Origin: Marinifilaceae bacterium
GTDB taxonomy: Bacteria; Bacteroidota; Bacteroidia; Bacteroidales; Marinifilaceae
Length of the DNA: 64,000 nucleotides
Direction of reading: 5' to 3'
NCBI GenBank assembly: GCA_041725895.1
Contig: JBGRQA010000005.1
Coordinates: 141,134-205,133, forward strand
In this document: positions 41,922 to 50,573 of the stretch, piece by piece
Numbering within the stretch: position 1 is the stretch's first letter
How the letters are laid out: each line of letters begins with the position of its first letter
The notes under the pieces: generated by a model
The model's database searches: none
What the model was told of the DNA's origin: nothing
Seen by the model: only the letters and a program-made list of their open reading frames with translations
Translations under genes and position numbers: made by a program

Positions 41922-43352
41922 TCAACTCAACAGTTCGGGATGGTATTGATGTATTTTCAATACGAACTCACCGAAAAGGGTATTGGCCCAGGCAAACCAT
42001 TTACGGGTATACTTTTTGGGATTATCCATATGAAAAGTCTCATGCATAAATCCGGTTCCGCCATGGGTCTTAACAAGAGTATCCAGACACCATTTCATCT
42101 CCTTTTTGTCAGTAGATGTCAACCCCTGCATAATCAGACTCATAGGCCAAATCATTTCCAATCCCACATGAGGTCCACCTATCCCTTCAGCCACCTTCCC
42201 CTTAAAGAAATAGGGATTGTTTTCACTCAACACAAATCTTCGTGTGTTCTGATACACATCATTATCTACATCCATACACCCCAGGTATGGCATTGACAGC
42301 AAGCTGGGAATATTGGCATCGTCCATAAAGAGCTTGTTTCCGAACCCATCCACCTCGTAAGGCATTATCTTTCCATAATCAAGATGGTCCGTTACAGCAT
42401 ATTCCTTTAAAGCCTCCTCGACTTCATCTGCCAAACGTCTGCATTTCATAGCAAAATCGTGCCTACCATGAATCTCTTGATGCATTTGAGCCATCTGACG
42501 CAGGGAAACAACAGCAAAATGATTAGCGGGAACCAAGAAAGGATAGATACTTGCATCATCGGATGGGCGGAAAATAGAACAAATCAGCCCAACAGGTTTC
42601 ACGGGATTACCATATCCTCCACCAGCAACTGTATCGGTTTGCCAACCAGTTACTCGCATAAATTTATAAGGGCCTTTATCACTTTTTCTCTGCTGCTCTA
42701 TAAAAGTCTGAAGAATTAATTCACTGGTCCTAATCCAATTTCTATTGAAACAAGCAGTTTCTCCGGTGGCTTTCCAAAATCCATAGGAAAGACGTATGGT
42801 ATAGCAAAGAGAATCAATCTCCCATTTGCGTTCGTGAAGCTCCGGTTTCATATCGGTTAAATCCTTCTCCCAGTGACTTCCGGTTGGTCCAAAGTTAAAT
42901 GCATTGGCATAGGGATCAATCAGAACACATTTGGTTTGACGATTCACTACTCCCTCCAACAACAATTTCAATTCCTTATCCTCTTTGGCAAAAGGAAGAT
43001 AAGGCCAAACCTGTGCAGTGGAGTCACGCAACCACATGGCATGAATATCACCCGTAATAACAAAAGTATCAGGCTTTCCATTAACAATTTGATGCTCCAC
43101 TGTTGTGTCCAATGTATTGGGCAGGCAATTTTCAAACATCCAGGCCAATTCAGAATTCGAAATAGAAGCTTTGACTTCTCTAATTTTAGCTTCTACAGCT
43201 TTGGATACAAATTTTCTTTCCTTTCGCGATGGGCGACACGATAAATAAACAGCATCGGAATCCTTTGCGTAGGTAGGTAAAACATTCAGCCCAAGACCGG
43301 CGGTGATCAATCCGGTAGTTTTCAGAAAATTTCTTCTAGTAACCATATACAC
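41922..43352 (-). CDS. glycoside hydrolase family 125 exo-alpha-1,6-mannosidase (Tat-signal)
   Basis: Twin-arginine signal TRRNFLKTTGL. GH125/DUF1237 block GDIHAMWLRDS. Confidence 0.85.
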   Translation of the reverse strand: MYMVTRRNFLKTTGLITAGLGLNVLPTYAKDSDAVYLSCRPSRKERKFVSKAVEAKIREVKASISNSELAWMFENCLPNTLDTTVEHQIVNGKPDTFVITGDIHAMWLRDSTAQVWPYLPFAKEDKELKLLLEGVVNRQTKCVLIDPYANAFNFGPTGSHWEKDLTDMKPELHERKWEIDSLCYTIRLSYGFWKATGETACFNRNWIRTSELILQTFIEQQRKSDKGPYKFMRVTGWQTDTVAGGGYGNPVKPVGLICSIFRPSDDASIYPFLVPANHFAVVSLRQMAQMHQEIHGRHDFAMKCRRLADEVEEALKEYAVTDHLDYGKIMPYEVDGFGNKLFMDDANIPSLLSMPYLGCMDVDNDVYQNTRRFVLSENNPYFFKGKVAEGIGGPHVGLEMIWPMSLIMQGLTSTDKKEMKWCLDTLVKTHGGTGFMHETFHMDNPKKYTRKWFAWANTLFGEFVLKIHQYHPELLS

Positions 43353-43618
43353 TCCTCCTGATTTACAAATTCTATAGCGTTTCTAATCCTACGTTACTAA
43401 TTCGTTGATTATGCGGCTAAAATTAATTAAAAATTTCAAGTAAACCAGTTAAGTAAAAAATTAATTCCAGGAAAGGCAAGTCTCAAATACACTACTCATT
43501 GATTTAATTTACTTTACACAACAGTTCTGACATCAGACATAGGTTTAACCTATTTAAGTCCTATCAATTTACATCCAAACAGCTCCAAAATAGGTAAACC
43601 GGTTAATAAAATCAGCAC

Positions 43619-43648
43619 AAAAAAAGAGAATTCAAAAATGAATTCCCT
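43619..43648 (-). terminator. rho-independent terminator ending the peptide-export operon
   Basis: On the minus strand, GGGAATTCA-tttt-TGAATTCTC is followed by TTTTTTT. Confidence 0.6.
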
Positions 43649-43678
43649 TTTTTGTACGTTATCAGTTTGATTCCAAAC

Positions 43679-44980
43679 TTAAACATGCTCCGAAAAGAGA
43701 GCCCGTATCGGATTAAAAATACGTTGCAAGAGACGAATATCCTCCGTAATAATATCGGAAGCTCCCTCCATCTGTTGAGAGAAATCCAACTTCTTCCCAT
43801 AATTGGTTTCCAAACCATTAGTTAACCGGACTTCACAGCTATACTTTTGATCATCCGGAACCAAAGAGATGGATTGAATTTGTCCCTCCAGCATTCCATA
43901 TTCCATAAAGGGATAGTTATCCAGCTTAATATTAACCTTTTGGCCAACCTTTACCTTTCCGGCCCCCTGCAAGCCCAATTCAATTCGGGCAAAAATTTTG
44001 GTCGAATCTTCCGGTATAACCGTAAGAACACGTTCTCCCGCTTTCACCTGTTGGTTCAAACTCCAAAACTTGTTAAAACTTACGAATCCCTTAATCGGTG
44101 ACCGCAAAAGATACCGCTGTTCCCAAATATCAATTTGAGCCTTTAGATTATCGTAGGCTTGTACAAGAGAATTTTGCTTGGTTCTTAGAATATCTACATG
44201 AGACAATTCCAGGTCCATTATTTCTTGCTGAAGAGCTGAAATACTAATTTGTGTATTGGCAAGAGAGGTGCGGGCCCCATGAAAGGAGTAACTTTGATCC
44301 AAATAGGCTTTTTGCGATATTTGGTAATCAGCCAGTGCCAAAACGCCTTTACGATACAATACAGAATCCCTATGGAATTGCTGTTCCGCAATTTCGAGTT
44401 CCTTTTCGAGTATGTCTCTCTGTTGAAACAAGCGATTGTAATAAAGGTTGTATTTTGCAACCTGATCCTTTTTAGATTCAATTTTACGGGCATGATATTC
44501 CAAATCAATAAAGTCTTGATAATCCGAAAATTGCTTCAAAAATGAGGCATAGTAGCTTTGAATTTCTCCCAACTGATAGTTTTGAGTAAAATCGGTATCA
44601 ATCAACCCGTTAAAATCGGTAAAATAGCTTTGAAGCTGATCCAATTGCTTCCGTAATGAATTTACATCTTGTAATTTGCCGGAGTTTTCGATCAATGCAA
44701 GAATTTGACCAGGTTCCACCATCTGGTTCTCCTGCACAAGCAATTGATCGATAGTGCCGTTTACCTTAGCAACCATTTTAGCGGGAGGATTTTCAGTCGT
44801 CAAAATCACTTTGGCAGGAATAATATCAGGATACCTGAAAAAATAGCTTCCAACAATAATTATAAAAATAACAGTAAATATGAGGCTAATCCCCCTTCGG
44901 ATGATCCAGTGAGGAATATGGCCTAAAATTTCCTGTACCTCCTCACTACGAAGTTCTATATTATTCGGGTTTTGTGGCAT
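43679..44980 (-). CDS. HlyD-family secretion adaptor protein (bacteriocin/peptide export accessory)
   Basis: Single N-terminal TM, a long coiled-coil middle and a C-terminal beta-barrel/lipoyl-like region. It lies directly downstream of the C39-ABC exporter. Confidence 0.85.
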   Translation of the reverse strand: MPQNPNNIELRSEEVQEILGHIPHWIIRRGISLIFTVIFIIIVGSYFFRYPDIIPAKVILTTENPPAKMVAKVNGTIDQLLVQENQMVEPGQILALIENSGKLQDVNSLRKQLDQLQSYFTDFNGLIDTDFTQNYQLGEIQSYYASFLKQFSDYQDFIDLEYHARKIESKKDQVAKYNLYYNRLFQQRDILEKELEIAEQQFHRDSVLYRKGVLALADYQISQKAYLDQSYSFHGARTSLANTQISISALQQEIMDLELSHVDILRTKQNSLVQAYDNLKAQIDIWEQRYLLRSPIKGFVSFNKFWSLNQQVKAGERVLTVIPEDSTKIFARIELGLQGAGKVKVGQKVNIKLDNYPFMEYGMLEGQIQSISLVPDDQKYSCEVRLTNGLETNYGKKLDFSQQMEGASDIITEDIRLLQRIFNPIRALFSEHV

Positions 44981-45084
44981 CTAATACGGGTTTTATGTAT
45001 TTTTCGGGTAATATTGGCTTTGTTATACTTGATTTAGAATAGATTATTTGTTCTTTCTAAATTTTTGTTTAGAAAATCTACGTC

Positions 45085-47292
45085 CTAACCACCTAATTCC
45101 AATTGATTTTTTACAAGTCGGTAGTAGGCTCCCTCCATTAATGCCAACTCATCATGACTTCCTCTTTCCACAATCTGTCCTTTCTCAATGACTATGATTT
45201 GATCGGCATTTTTAACGGTACTTAATCGGTGAGCAACAACAACCACGGTTCTACCCTTGTTGAATTTTTCCAAATTCTCCATAATGGCTCTTTCATTGTT
45301 GGCATCCAAAGCGTTGGTTGCTTCATCAAAAAACAGATATTCGGGGTTTTTATATACTGCCCGGGCGATTAAAATCCGTTGCTTTTGTCCCTGACTTAAA
45401 CCATGACCATCAGATCCAATTTTAGTATTGAATCGCAAAGGTAATTTTTCGATAAAATCATGAATACAGGCAACCTGTACAGCGTGAAGCAATCGCTTCT
45501 TATCCACAATTTCATCACCAACAGCAATATTCCGGGCTATGGTATCTGAAAAAATGAACCCCTCCTGCATTACCACACCACAATTCTGTCGCCACATTGG
45601 GGAACTGTAGTTTTGAAGATCTACTCCCCCCACAGTAACCTGTCCCTTTGTAGGTGGATAAAAACCAAGCATGAGCTTAATCAGAGTGGTTTTTCCACTT
45701 CCGGAGGTTCCCACAATTGCTGTCGTCTTCCCTTTGGGAATATCCAATTGAATATTATCCAGAACCATTTCGGAATGAGGGCCCTCATACTGAAAACTCA
45801 CCTTGTCAATGATAATACTTCTATCCTCTGGCAACTCACGCAATTTCTCCTCCTCAAAATTCTCTTCATCCTCTTTTTCATGAATTTCGCCCAATCGTTC
45901 CATAGATATTTTAGCGTCTTGCCAGGAGTGAATAAACTGAATCATACTATCGATAGGAGAATTCAACTGCCCTATAATGTACTGGACTGCCAACATCATA
46001 CCTAAAGTCATTTGTCCGTCCAATACCGATTTGGCCGCCAAAAAAGTGATCAGAATGTTCTTGGTTTCGTTAAAAAACACCGAACCCGAAGTCTGGTACT
46101 GATTCAAAGACAGCCCCTGAATGCGAACACGAAACAACTGTGCCTGAATCTGTTCCCACTCCCAACGTTTCTGCTTCTCACAATTGTTCAGTTTAATTTC
46201 CTGCATTCCGGTAATCAACTGAACAATGTTGCTCTGGTTACTGGAGAGCTGGGCGAAGCGTTTGCCATCCAATTCCCTTCTTTTTCTTAGGAACAGGTTG
46301 ATCCAGGTAATATACAATGCACTACCCAAAACAAAAATCAGGAAGATTTGCAGGTTGTAAATGGCAAGAACCACTCCAAAAATAATCAGGTTGACAAAGG
46401 AAAAAAGTATATTAAGGGTAGAAGAAGTCAAAAAGCTTTCAATTCGGGTATGATCCTGGATTCGTTGCATCAAATCACCAATCATTTTGATATCGAAAAA
46501 GCCAATGGGAAGTTTCATCAACTTGATCAAAAAGTCGGAGATTAAGGAAATATTGATCCGAGTTGAAATGTGCAGGAGAATCCAGCTACGTATAAAATCA
46601 ACCGACATTCTACTGATAAACAGAAACAATTGGGCAACAAGAATCAAGTGAATGAAATTCAGATTCCGCGTATTGATCCCCACATCAACAATCGACTGCG
46701 TCAAAAAGGGAAAAATCAATTGCAACATACTCCCGAAAAGCATGCCCAAAAAGAGCTGAAACAGAAACTTTTTATAGGGTCTCAAATACTGAAGCAAAAA
46801 TCCGACCTTCTTCCTCTTGGAGCCTTTCTCATCTTCATTGGAAAAGAATTCAGGAGTTGTTTCCAAAAGCAAGCAGAGCCCCTTTTCCTCTCCCTGACTT
46901 TTGGTTGTAGCCCAGGATTTGGAGAACTCCTTTTCACTGTACTTCAACAAACCAGCCCCAGGGTCGGCTACATGAATCTCATAGCCCTTTTTCTTCTTCT
47001 CCACTTTGTGTACCACCACAAAATGGTTCTGCCCCCAATGAGCTACACAGGGTAATGGAGCCTCTTCAGCCAATTGCTTAAAACTTATACGTACTCCCAT
47101 GCTTTTCATGCCAATACTTTCAGCAGCATCGGCAATTCCAAGCATCGAAACTCCTTCGCGGGTAATATGGCTTCGATCACGGAGAGTTTGCAAGGTGTAA
47201 TTCTTACCATAATATTTAGCAATCATACGCAGGCAAGTGGGCCCGCAATCCATTGCATCTAGCTGAGTAAAATGGGGAAATCGTTTCTTCAA
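45085..47292 (-). CDS. peptidase C39 domain-containing ABC transporter (double-glycine leader cleavage and export)
   Basis: N-terminal C39 motif QLDAMDCGPTCLRMIAKYYG with a downstream NHFVVVH. Six TM helices. Walker A GTSGSGKTT, signature LSQGQKQR, Walker B YLFFDEAT. Confidence 0.93.
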   Translation of the reverse strand: MKKRFPHFTQLDAMDCGPTCLRMIAKYYGKNYTLQTLRDRSHITREGVSMLGIADAAESIGMKSMGVRISFKQLAEEAPLPCVAHWGQNHFVVVHKVEKKKKGYEIHVADPGAGLLKYSEKEFSKSWATTKSQGEEKGLCLLLETTPEFFSNEDEKGSKRKKVGFLLQYLRPYKKFLFQLFLGMLFGSMLQLIFPFLTQSIVDVGINTRNLNFIHLILVAQLFLFISRMSVDFIRSWILLHISTRINISLISDFLIKLMKLPIGFFDIKMIGDLMQRIQDHTRIESFLTSSTLNILFSFVNLIIFGVVLAIYNLQIFLIFVLGSALYITWINLFLRKRRELDGKRFAQLSSNQSNIVQLITGMQEIKLNNCEKQKRWEWEQIQAQLFRVRIQGLSLNQYQTSGSVFFNETKNILITFLAAKSVLDGQMTLGMMLAVQYIIGQLNSPIDSMIQFIHSWQDAKISMERLGEIHEKEDEENFEEEKLRELPEDRSIIIDKVSFQYEGPHSEMVLDNIQLDIPKGKTTAIVGTSGSGKTTLIKLMLGFYPPTKGQVTVGGVDLQNYSSPMWRQNCGVVMQEGFIFSDTIARNIAVGDEIVDKKRLLHAVQVACIHDFIEKLPLRFNTKIGSDGHGLSQGQKQRILIARAVYKNPEYLFFDEATNALDANNERAIMENLEKFNKGRTVVVVAHRLSTVKNADQIIVIEKGQIVERGSHDELALMEGAYYRLVKNQLELGG

Positions 47293-47647
47293 AATTATTT
47301 CGTAGTTAACAATTTGTAATAATTAAGCTTAAAAATAAGGAAAATAAACTCTGAATTACTATTATTTTAGTGTTTTGCTGGATTATTACTTTTTTTTATT
47401 AAAATTAATTATCCATAACTTTAATAAATGTGTGTTTTCGTTCTGAAATTCAACAAGATCCTTCAAAAAAACACATAACAATAATCTAATTAATAAAAAT
47501 ATTTATTTCTTCAAAAACAGTCAATAGCTTTAATTATTATATTAACCATAATAAAAAACTATACTTTTACGAAAAAAAATGAACCAGAACAATCAATCTG
47601 GTCCAAAGTCCTTGCAAATTTATAGTTGCATATTATTTTTAAGTTAA

Positions 47648-48982
47648 TTATTTAAGTGTGGATTCATAGTATGCTTCAAGATTTTTATTCAGCATTCCAG
47701 GGGCTTTCTCCATACACTGACATAAATTATACTCTCCAGCATGATAGAGATTTCGCATATTGTACCAAGTACATTTTCCATTACATATTGGCAAAAAGAA
47801 GCATTTCCTACATGTCGGATCATTATACCAACTACCACCTTCCATGTATTTATAAAACAAAGATGGGTTTGTCATTTTTTCTTGGTTTATATATCCCACA
47901 ATCCGACTTTTATCTGAGACATCATTCCAACATCTGTATATTTCGCCGACTGGACCGATAATATAGGAATTCAATTTAGTAGCGCAACATGTTTTACCAA
48001 GCACAAGTGAAGGATAAGTCGGAATATCAATCATTCCCTTTTGTCCCAATTCGTAGTGAAGTTCAGCAACCTCCTCACGAGGAATGGTCGGTGATTTCAC
48101 ATTTGTGTTGGTTGAATTTTCAAGTCTTATAATCCCAGGATAAATAATCAGATTCTTACTTGATGTGAAAGCTTTTATTTCAGAATATACTTGATAGTAA
48201 TCACCAATATTGGTTTTATCAATATTTACACGAACATGAAGTTCGGTTTCGGGTAACCTCTTGAGGATATTTTTAATATTATGAATAATCCTATTATAGG
48301 ATGAACCCTTTACATCACTTTTATCCGCCCGTAAAAGATTATGCCTTTTCTCGTTTCCATCTAAAGTTATCTGGATATTATCTAAAGGATATCGCTTAAA
48401 GAAATCAATGACTTCATCATTAAATAAATATCCATTGGTTATTATAGTGTGCTTTTTTAAGGGGATATCAACTTCTGAAGATAGTTTATTAAGAATATTT
48501 TGGATCTGTTCAAAAGCAAGAAGAGGTTCTCCTCCGTACCACGTGATATCCATCTCCTCCGCACTTTTATGTCTCTTAATAAAATTAAAAAGATCTCCAA
48601 TTACTTGATCCGTAATAATACCTGATCGTTTACCTCTTTCGAAACAATAGGGACAATCAAAGTTACAGTCTATTGTAGGTACAATTACAAGTCCCAACTT
48701 ATCCTTATTGTGTTTTCTACTCTGAGTATAGAATTGATGCTTCAAAACAAATATATCATCTGCTCCGTCGGAAACTATTATCCCATTCTCTTCTAACAAT
48801 TTAAAGGCATCTTCTGGCAATTCTCCTAATAGGGTAGGATCTGACTTACATTTTTCTATATAATTATAAAGCTCCTTTGAGAGCTCTAAAAAGGAATTAA
48901 AACAAGAGGAATAAACCAAATATTTTCCTTTTGAGGATACAAACAAATAAACATATCTTGAAATTATCTTCTTCGTATTCAT
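47648..48982 (-). CDS. radical SAM/SPASM-domain peptide maturase
   Basis: CNFDCPYC (CxxxCxxC) cluster after a roughly 100-aa N-terminal, possibly RRE-like, region. The Cys-rich C-terminus CCATK...GEIYRCWND...CRKCFFLPICNGKC fits a SPASM twitch/auxiliary cluster domain. Confidence 0.9.
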   Translation of the reverse strand: MNTKKIISRYVYLFVSSKGKYLVYSSCFNSFLELSKELYNYIEKCKSDPTLLGELPEDAFKLLEENGIIVSDGADDIFVLKHQFYTQSRKHNKDKLGLVIVPTIDCNFDCPYCFERGKRSGIITDQVIGDLFNFIKRHKSAEEMDITWYGGEPLLAFEQIQNILNKLSSEVDIPLKKHTIITNGYLFNDEVIDFFKRYPLDNIQITLDGNEKRHNLLRADKSDVKGSSYNRIIHNIKNILKRLPETELHVRVNIDKTNIGDYYQVYSEIKAFTSSKNLIIYPGIIRLENSTNTNVKSPTIPREEVAELHYELGQKGMIDIPTYPSLVLGKTCCATKLNSYIIGPVGEIYRCWNDVSDKSRIVGYINQEKMTNPSLFYKYMEGGSWYNDPTCRKCFFLPICNGKCTWYNMRNLYHAGEYNLCQCMEKAPGMLNKNLEAYYESTLK

Positions 48983-49018
48983 TATATTTAAAATTATACT
49001 TACTATTGGCCGTTAGCT

Positions 49019-49050
49019 AAAAACTGCTCCACTTAATATCAGTAGAGCAG
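49019..49050 (-). terminator. intrinsic terminator or attenuator between the precursor genes and the maturase gene
   Basis: On the minus strand, CTGCTCTAC-tgatattaa-GTGGAGCAG (one mismatch) is followed by TTTTT. Confidence 0.5.
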
Positions 49051-49084
49051 TCTGAATTTTTAGATTTACAAATTAGTATCCGTC

Positions 49085-49279
49085 TTATTTTGTAGTTGGA
49101 TCCGTTGGTTTGGTTGGTTTGGTTTCATTTTTATTCCCAATCCAACAGTCACAAGAACAATCTTGTTCATCAGCAACTGAGGTAACACCACCAAAAACAT
49201 TAACTAATTCATCTTGATTAAGTACGTCAGAGTTTTTAATAACTCTTACCGAAAAATCATTTTTCCCTTTTTTAGTCAT
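49085..49279 (-). CDS. RiPP precursor peptide B (GG leader; CSCDCWIGN core; Pro/Thr tail)
   Basis: 64 aa: MTKKGKNDFSVRVIKNSDVLNQDELVNVFGG|VTSVADEQDCSCDCWIGNKNETKPTKPTDPTTK. Paralogue of peptide A. I place the start at the internal ATG at 49279. Confidence 0.85.
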   Translation of the reverse strand: MTKKGKNDFSVRVIKNSDVLNQDELVNVFGGVTSVADEQDCSCDCWIGNKNETKPTKPTDPTTK

Positions 49280-49322
49280 AATATTATAATTAAAACTATT
49301 TGTACACTTGATTATCTGCAAC

Positions 49323-49514
49323 TTACTTTGTAGTAGGATCCGTTGGTTTAGTTGGTGTGCTATTACTATTACCAATCCAACAATCACATGTACATTCTGG
49401 TTCAGCTGCATCTGAATTTAAACCACCAAAAACATTAACTAATTCGTCTTGGTTAAGCACGTCTGAGTTATTGATAACTTTTACCGAAAACTCTTTTTGA
49501 TCTTTTTTAGTCAT
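49323..49514 (-). CDS. RiPP precursor peptide A (GG leader; CTCDCWIGN core; Pro/Thr tail)
   Basis: 63 aa: MTKKDQKEFSVKVINNSDVLNQDELVNVFGG|LNSDAAEPECTCDCWIGNSNSTPTKPTDPTTK. Confidence 0.88.
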   Translation of the reverse strand: MTKKDQKEFSVKVINNSDVLNQDELVNVFGGLNSDAAEPECTCDCWIGNSNSTPTKPTDPTTK

Positions 49515-49663
49515 AACATTAAATTTTAAAGATTAATTAATTGATTTTCAATGCGCATTTTTACTGAGCTCATAGTAAACTTAAGTTACTTCACTGTCAA
49601 TATTGGCAGTCAACCAAGAAGACGATATCTAAATACTATGTAACCAATTAATCTCTCCTTTAC

Positions 49664-49867
49664 TTAATGTTCTGTAAGAATATAAGTTCGGAGACTACGA
49701 GAATAAAAAATATCATTTCCATAATCTCTTAAATAATCAATCATACGATACAAAGTACGCTCAGAGACTCCTATTTTAAATGCCAATTCCTTAGGAGTTC
49801 CGGTAGCTTTAAGAGAAGCCAATTTTTTTATTCTTTCCAATTTCTCGAAATCTTCAAAAATATTCAT
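49664..49867 (-). CDS. small helix-turn-helix protein (67 aa), first gene of the precursor operon
   Basis: GTPKELAFKIGVSERTLYRMIDYL is an HTH_11/DeoR-N-like motif. Promoter motif copy A lies 38 nt upstream. Confidence 0.7.
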   Translation of the reverse strand: MNIFEDFEKLERIKKLASLKATGTPKELAFKIGVSERTLYRMIDYLRDYGNDIFYSRSLRTYILTEH

Positions 49868-49905
49868 AGTAAAAAAATAATTTTGGCAATGAATTATTGT
49901 TTCTT

Positions 49906-49936
49906 CTTTATTCCGAATTATTTAAAAAGGTAACCC
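49906..49936 (-). promoter_or_regulatory. alternative-sigma-type promoter motif, copy A
   Basis: Minus strand: GGGTTACCTTTT-TAAATAATTC-GGAATAAAG, 38 nt upstream of the HTH gene ATG. Confidence 0.65.
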
Positions 49937-50474
49937 AAATCATTTAATCTTTTTAATGATATATACATCATTAACATATTACAATGTTGCAATAATTGCT
50001 CCCACAAAATAATGGCAATTTTTTCACCCATTTATGTTAATGAAAAAAGTTCAGAACATAAGAAGCAACACTCGATATTACAATCAAGAAGTCTTAGGTG
50101 GATAAGTTTAGAAATCTCCTTTATTCGTATAACGCAACCTACTTTTCAACCGTATGGGTAAGGGAATGGTTTGTACCTACTTTCTATTAACTCCGTATCA
50201 AGTCCGTATAAATACGGAGTTAATACTACCTTGAGTAAAACAAAATATACAGCAGGTACAGACAAGATGCAGAGAAATACTAACGCACGTACAAAAACGA
50301 TGCGCCTCGCCTGAATGAGGCAATAGCACAACAGGAAAGGGAAAAAGATCAGACTAAAAAAAACTGTCAATCCGGGATTGGATTCAGCCCTCCCGCTCTA
50401 TCGAAACGGGATTAAAACCATACTTTATATTTTGAATAAGTATAGTTTTATTAGCGGAATTAGATGTTGACATG

Positions 50475-50522
50475 CAAAAAAAGACAAAGCTTTATTTATG
50501 GTACAATAAAGCTTTGTCTTTT
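50475..50522 (-). terminator. rho-independent terminator after the beta-propeller lipoprotein gene
   Basis: 17-bp perfect stem AAAGACAAAGCTTTATT / AATAAAGCTTTGTCTTT, with a T-run on the minus strand. Confidence 0.75.
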
Positions 50523-50573
50523 AATTAGAATGTAAAAAAGCGTTGAGGAAACACCCAAAGGTTACTATCCCCT

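Noticed and set aside
47293-47647. Small ORFs for further GG-leader peptides in the AT-rich spacer, and likewise in 59391-59852.
   Set aside because: Every ATG-initiated frame on either strand stops within about 5-20 codons. None contains a Gly-Gly leader-like motif.
49280-49411. The upstream 44 codons of the 108-aa ORF that contains precursor B.
   Set aside because: This segment overlaps the 3' end of precursor A in another frame. The paralogue alignment shows the real product starts at MTKKGKND (ATG at 49279).
50146-50370. A 74-aa minus-strand ORF (MTVFFSLIFFPFLLCYCL...).
   Set aside because: It has no promoter motif, odd composition and no recognisable domain, and it spans the hairpin-rich non-coding stretch. 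It could in principle be a small membrane or immunity protein, but I cannot support that.
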